DNA of 40,931 nucleotides from the IMG/VR virus record IMGVR_UViG_3300020313_000003, positions 1-40,931 of that record; one strand, written 5' to 3'. How positions within the stretch are numbered: position 1 is the first letter of the stretch; every line of letters begins with the position of its first letter. Below, in pieces: positions 37,122-40,931 of the stretch. Below the pieces are notes generated by a model. It saw only the letters and a list, made by a program, of their open reading frames with translations. It did not search any database and was not told where the DNA came from. The DNA is from a virus. Its lineage: Duplodnaviria > Caudoviricetes. The translations under genes were made by a program, and so were the position numbers.

Positions 37122-37200
37122 CTGGCACCTATGGGTCACAGCAGCCCTACTATGGATCGTTTGCTTGTTGATTAGTTTGTGCCAGCACGGCATTCTTTAA
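37111..37200 (+). CDS. Possible 29-aa membrane peptide
   Basis: MIHDWHLWVTAALLWIVCLLISLCQHGIL fills the gap between genes. Confidence 0.4.
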   Translation: MIHDWHLWVTAALLWIVCLLISLCQHGIL

Positions 37201-37203
37201 TCA

Positions 37204-37605
37204 ATGACGCAACACCAAGAGACAATGGCCAAGCTGGATCAGCTCCTGAAAAAGGTGGAAGCCCTGGAGGAGCTATCAAAGCCAAACCCTGCTTTGCTTC
37301 CGGAACGCGGCCTGAATGACCGCCCCGCAATCCCGCCTGGCATGATTCCTTTCGAGGTGATGGAGGCCGCCGACCCCGCCCTGGGACCAGACAGCGAAAA
37401 CGTCATTGCCTACGCCAGGGAGAACTTCTCCCCAGAGGATTTCGAGACATTTTTCCCACACGCCACCTCTGCCCCTTCGCCAGTCCAGGTTGCCGAGTCT
37501 CCTGGAGAGGCGCCGTCAGCAGACGAAATTGCCAGCGCCCTGGAAGAGGAGGCAGAAGCAGAGGCGAGCCTGGACGAGGAGAAAGCACAAGCAGCCCTGG
37601 GATAA
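37204..37605 (+). CDS. Hypothetical acidic protein
   Basis: 133-aa ORF in the head module. Confidence 0.65.
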   Translation: MTQHQETMAKLDQLLKKVEALEELSKPNPALLPERGLNDRPAIPPGMIPFEVMEAADPALGPDSENVIAYARENFSPEDFETFFPHATSAPSPVQVAESPGEAPSADEIASALEEEAEAEASLDEEKAQAALG

Positions 37606-37609
37606 CGAT

Positions 37610-37684
37610 ATGGCCAAGAAACCAAAGAAAAAAGGAACCACCACCCGGCCTAAGCCCAGGCCAGCGGTGAAGACATCGTATTGA
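37610..37684 (+). CDS. Possible 24-aa basic peptide
   Basis: MAKKPKKKGTTTRPKPRPAVKTSY exactly fills the gap between neighbours. Confidence 0.45.
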   Translation: MAKKPKKKGTTTRPKPRPAVKTSY

Positions 37685-37685
37685 T

Positions 37686-37868
37686 ATGAAGTCAAAACTA
37701 GCAGCAGCAATCGCGCTCCTGGCTTTGCCAGCTTGCACGACCGTGGAGATGACCTCTCCTGATGGAACGGTGACCAAAACCACCAGCATCGACAACCAGA
37801 CCGCCCAGACCGTGGCGGGAGCAGTGACCGCCCTGGCGGCCAGCCGCGCAATTAACCAGGACAAGTAG
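37686..37868 (+). CDS. Small lipoprotein
   Basis: Signal peptide MKSKLAAAIALLA plus lipobox LPA-C. Confidence 0.75.
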   Translation: MKSKLAAAIALLALPACTTVEMTSPDGTVTKTTSIDNQTAQTVAGAVTALAASRAINQDK

Positions 37869-37869
37869 C

Positions 37870-38772
37870 ATGGAGGGAGAAGCAGTAGACGCCGGCGGCC
37901 AGGAGGCGCCAGCACCAGAAGCAGCAGCAGCTCCAGGAGTTTTCCAGGAGGGGCCAGGCTATATGTTCTCAGATAATTGGGAAGGCCAGGCCCTGGGATC
38001 CGAGCACGATCCAACCGCCGACCCGCTTCCATTCAAGAACCTGGGAGAAATGGCCAAGGGATACCGCTCTTTGCGAGCCAGTTTCCACCAGGCCGGGAAG
38101 GTCGAGGGATACCCGACTGACGGCAACCAGGAGAGCCTGGCAGCCTGGAACAAAGCAGTCGGCCTCGAGGGAGTTGACGAGCCCACATATGCTGGCGCCG
38201 CGACCCCAGAAAACCTGCCTGAGAACATGGCAGTCCTGACAGAGTTCCTGCCAGCGTTGATGAATCGCGGAGTGCCAGCGGCCCAGGCCAAAGGCATCAT
38301 CGAAGACTTCATCAACTTTGACCAGGGCCTGGCAGAAAGGACGACCGCCGATTACCAGGTGCAGCTCCAGCGGGATGACGCCAAGCTCCGGGGATTCCTG
38401 GGGGGAGGCCAACAGGCCCAGGAAAGCATTGACACCCTCAAGCAGCTCGCCGCGTCGTTTATCGACATACGGACAGGAAACGCCGTGGATCCAGGGGATG
38501 GTCAAATCTTCGACAACCCGGTCATCGTGGGCATCCTGGCCCAGGTGAAAGACGCCCTGAGTGAAGACCAACTGGCAGCCCGGATGGGCGTCACTTTACC
38601 AGGGGCCACCGAGACTCCCAACCAGGAGGCCAACCGGATCATGGAGGAGGCCAACTCTCTCCGATATAACAAGGACGTTCCCAATGCTCACCCGATGTCC
38701 CAACGCTATGCCGATGGAGACCCGGACGCTATGGAGTTCGTAAATCAAAAGCTCCGGAGGAGTGGCGTCTAA
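37870..38772 (+). CDS. Capsid assembly scaffolding protein
   Basis: Acidic and helical, 'FKNLGEMAKGY', C-terminal 'HP....Y' typical of podovirus scaffolds; upstream of capsid. Confidence 0.75.
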   Translation: MEGEAVDAGGQEAPAPEAAAAPGVFQEGPGYMFSDNWEGQALGSEHDPTADPLPFKNLGEMAKGYRSLRASFHQAGKVEGYPTDGNQESLAAWNKAVGLEGVDEPTYAGAATPENLPENMAVLTEFLPALMNRGVPAAQAKGIIEDFINFDQGLAERTTADYQVQLQRDDAKLRGFLGGGQQAQESIDTLKQLAASFIDIRTGNAVDPGDGQIFDNPVIVGILAQVKDALSEDQLAARMGVTLPGATETPNQEANRIMEEANSLRYNKDVPNAHPMSQRYADGDPDAMEFVNQKLRRSGV

Positions 38773-39019
38773 AAAGATATTCATCCGGTCCCTGGTCGGA
38801 TGGTGGACTGGCACCGGCTGGTCCAGGACGATTGACGAGGCCCAGGCCCAGGCAACGATGCTCGAGGCCAAAACAAAAGCCTGGAAGATGCGCCTGGCGG
38901 GGGAGCGGGTGAGGGTCTTCGAGTTAGCCAGGAAGGAGGTTCCCCTGGAGGACAAACAGGTTCTCCTGGGAGATGACTCAGTCCGGACCAGGGATTCGCG
39001 CTTGCCTAAACCAGGCTGA
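38762..39019 (+). CDS. Hypothetical protein
   Basis: 85-aa GTG-start ORF overlapping the scaffold end. Confidence 0.45.
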   Translation: MASKKIFIRSLVGWWTGTGWSRTIDEAQAQATMLEAKTKAWKMRLAGERVRVFELARKEVPLEDKQVLLGDDSVRTRDSRLPKPG

Positions 39020-39120
39020 TAGTGCCAGACTTCCCCTGGCTTCGATTTCAGCACAGCAGCGGCTGACTTCATGACATGGCTTACAGAGCCTGGTCCATTG
39101 AATTGGGCCAGGCTTTTGTA

Positions 39121-39149
39121 TTTACAGGCGCCCCAGGCGGTGCTATACC
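39121..39149 (+). promoter_or_regulatory. Possible capsid promoter
   Basis: TTTACA-17 nt-TATACC with TG extension in the 300-bp intergenic region. Confidence 0.4.
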
Positions 39150-39318
39150 TGGCGCCGTCAAGTGGAAGAACAACCCCCCTGGGGCCTTCCGGACACTCCA
39201 TACCCGACCTGGAACCGCTGGGGAATAACCGCAAGGCCCCCAAATAGGTGGAGAACCGGAACAATCGGAAAGCCTGGTGCCCTGCACCACCCCGACAATT
39301 ATTCAATTCCCCAAAACA

Positions 39319-40326
39319 ATGAAATTCCTTCAGCATTTGCTGGGATTCGTTAAGGGACCACGCCTGGCAGGTATTTTCCGGACGGCGGTCTCAGCTAACG
39401 AGGTTCCCGGCCACTACACTACTCAGTTCGACAAGAACTGGACGTTGGAAGCGCAGCAGCACATCGCTCGTCTGCGTGAGTGCTCTACCGTCAAGACCGG
39501 TTGCACCGGCAAGGCGGAGACACATAACCGCATCAGCAAAGAAGAGATGGAAGACCAGACCTCTCGCCTGGCCAAGACTCAGGGAACTGAGCTTACCACG
39601 ACGAAAAGGTGGGTTTTCCCTCGCGCTGCCCAGAAGACTACCTTCCTGGACGAGTGGGATGCTCACCTCCTTGGTGAGACTGTCCTGCCTACCGGTGAGG
39701 CCGTCCAGGCACACGCCGCCGCCGCTGGTCGCAAAATGGATCGCCGCCTCCTGGACGCCATCGAAGGCGCAAACTTCGAGGGCCTCGAGGAGAGCCTGAC
39801 CACCAGGGCAGCCCCCACTGAGACTGTTGCTATCACGTTTGACAACGCTGGTGGCGGCACCAAGTTGGGCTTTACCCTCAAAAAGTGGATCAAGGCCAAA
39901 GGCCGCTTTGCCAAGAATGAGGTCTACGGCCAGGAGCAGAAAATGTCGGGCGATGCGCTCTACGTTGCCCTGGGGCAGGACCAGCTTGACGACCTCCTTT
40001 TTGGAGAACAGGCACGGCTTGCCAGCAGCGACTTCAACCGTCTCCAGGCTCTGGTTGACGGCGAGGTGGACTACTACCTGGGATGCAAGGTGAAGCGGAC
40101 TGAGCTCCTCACAGAGTATGATGCCGCCGGTGGAGACACCGGGGTCCAGGTTCTGTTCTGGGTCAAGTCCATGATCAAGTTCGACATTTGGTCTGAGATG
40201 ACAACCAGGATGAGCGTTCGCGCTGATCTTTCCGATGCCATCCAGATTCGCTCGAAGCTGATGTGTGGCGGAACCAGGGTGCAGGACAATGCTGCTCTCA
40301 TTTGCAACGTCAAGAAGCCTTCCTAA
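39319..40326 (+). CDS. Major capsid protein (HK97 fold, podovirus type), with IFRT leader
   Basis: 'HYTTQF..NW...AQQ..ARLR', 'AAAGRKMD..LL.A', 'SSDFN..QALVDGEV..YLG.K'; ATG 39319. Confidence 0.9.
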   Translation: MKFLQHLLGFVKGPRLAGIFRTAVSANEVPGHYTTQFDKNWTLEAQQHIARLRECSTVKTGCTGKAETHNRISKEEMEDQTSRLAKTQGTELTTTKRWVFPRAAQKTTFLDEWDAHLLGETVLPTGEAVQAHAAAAGRKMDRRLLDAIEGANFEGLEESLTTRAAPTETVAITFDNAGGGTKLGFTLKKWIKAKGRFAKNEVYGQEQKMSGDALYVALGQDQLDDLLFGEQARLASSDFNRLQALVDGEVDYYLGCKVKRTELLTEYDAAGGDTGVQVLFWVKSMIKFDIWSEMTTRMSVRADLSDAIQIRSKLMCGGTRVQDNAALICNVKKPS

Positions 40327-40355
40327 CCTCAAAAAGAAAGGAAATCACAAGCAAT

Positions 40356-40898
40356 ATGAAAGCTCTTCACAGAATCCTGAGCCTCCTGGCTCCAGTCGTC
40401 AGCGTCCCGAAGCACATCTTCCGGACGGCAACAACCTACGGGACCAAGTCAAGTGGTCGAAACGATGCGCTCCAGAAAGCCGGGCTCCGCGAGTCGGACC
40501 CTGGCCAGGAGCTGTCCTACTTCTACGACATTACCGCCAGCGCCTTGCCGGCAACTTCGATGTTGTGGAAGTTCGGCCCGTTCCCTGGTGGAACCTCCCC
40601 GATCCTGTCCACGCTTCGCATTGTTGGCGATGCCACAACGGACCTGGGGCAGGAAATCGACGTTGGCTATGCCTTTGTCAACTCCACCGATGGCACCGAT
40701 GACCCGGATGCCTTCATCGACGGGGTAGACGGATCCGCTGGCCAGATTGACGTTAATGGCCTGGCCGTGGTTGGCCCGAATGTCACTGCGACTCCCACGA
40801 TTGATAAGCCTTACTGGATCACCATCACCACCAAAAACGCCACCGGCGTTGCGGCGGGAACGGTGGCCCTGGAAGTCTTTGTGCGCCAGAAGAACTAG
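40356..40898 (+). CDS. Capsid-associated (decoration/cement-like) protein, with IFRT leader
   Basis: GAAAGGA upstream; beta-rich 'IDVGY......DDPDAFIDG.D' ; directly after capsid. Confidence 0.7.
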   Translation: MKALHRILSLLAPVVSVPKHIFRTATTYGTKSSGRNDALQKAGLRESDPGQELSYFYDITASALPATSMLWKFGPFPGGTSPILSTLRIVGDATTDLGQEIDVGYAFVNSTDGTDDPDAFIDGVDGSAGQIDVNGLAVVGPNVTATPTIDKPYWITITTKNATGVAAGTVALEVFVRQKN

Positions 40899-40931
40899 GC
40901 TGCTTCCCTCCAGCCATAACAAGAAGGCTCC
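40877..40931. repeat. Right copy of the 55-bp terminal overlap
   Basis: Identical to nt 1-55. Confidence 0.97.

Noticed and set aside
38596-39336. 246-aa minus-strand ORF across the capsid leader
   Set aside because: Opposes the late operon, overlaps scaffold and capsid, and has no recognisable features
39391-40332. 313-aa minus-strand ORF
   Set aside because: Antisense shadow of the major capsid gene
40263-40898. T7 10B-like -1 frameshift fusing capsid to the next gene
   Set aside because: The -1 frame is open over the capsid end, but there is no slippery heptamer, and the downstream gene has its own RBS-like GAAAGGA and its own IFRT leader
40877-40931. 55-bp terminal repeat as a biological direct terminal repeat
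   Set aside because: The length equals a common assembler k-mer (55) and it cuts through a gene end and terminator; it indicates circularity only
1-40931. CRISPR array, tRNA, integrase/att site, DGR or alternative genetic code
   Set aside because: No spaced repeats, cloverleafs, recombinase or reverse-transcriptase motifs seen; genes tile densely under the standard code

Overview
This is a complete, circularly permuted genome of a T7-tail-type (podovirus-like) dsDNA phage, about 40,876 bp. The last 55 nt (40877-40931) duplicate nt 1-55, as expected of an assembly overlap. The + strand carries the packaging and virion genes: small and large terminase, portal, scaffold, major capsid, a capsid-associated protein, tail tubular proteins A and B, internal virion proteins and tail fibre/adhesin genes. 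An amidase, a HExxH peptidase and a metallophosphoesterase sit between the terminase subunits. A leftward early block (about 23.4-29.0 kb) encodes an ERF recombinase, SSB, a DnaQ-like exonuclease and small DNA-binding proteins. I see no RNA or DNA polymerase, primase/helicase, integrase, methyltransferase, tRNA or CRISPR array. Three things stand out. (1) A 4169-aa internal-virion 'polyvalent' protein whose central enzyme cassettes are separated by a 7-fold repeated [TS][FY][SA][IV]xP linker. The cassettes look like an ADP-ribosyltransferase, a HhH-glycosylase-like domain, a TGT/DpdA-like transglycosylase and a second ADP-ribosyltransferase, i.e. a putative injected nucleic-acid-modifying toolkit. 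(2) Three head proteins share an N-terminal leader ending in (RLAG)IFRT, suggesting an undescribed maturation or cleavage signal. (3) CCWGG and several 6-bp palindromes are strongly over-represented although no methylase is encoded. All domain calls come from recognising motifs by eye, not from database searches.
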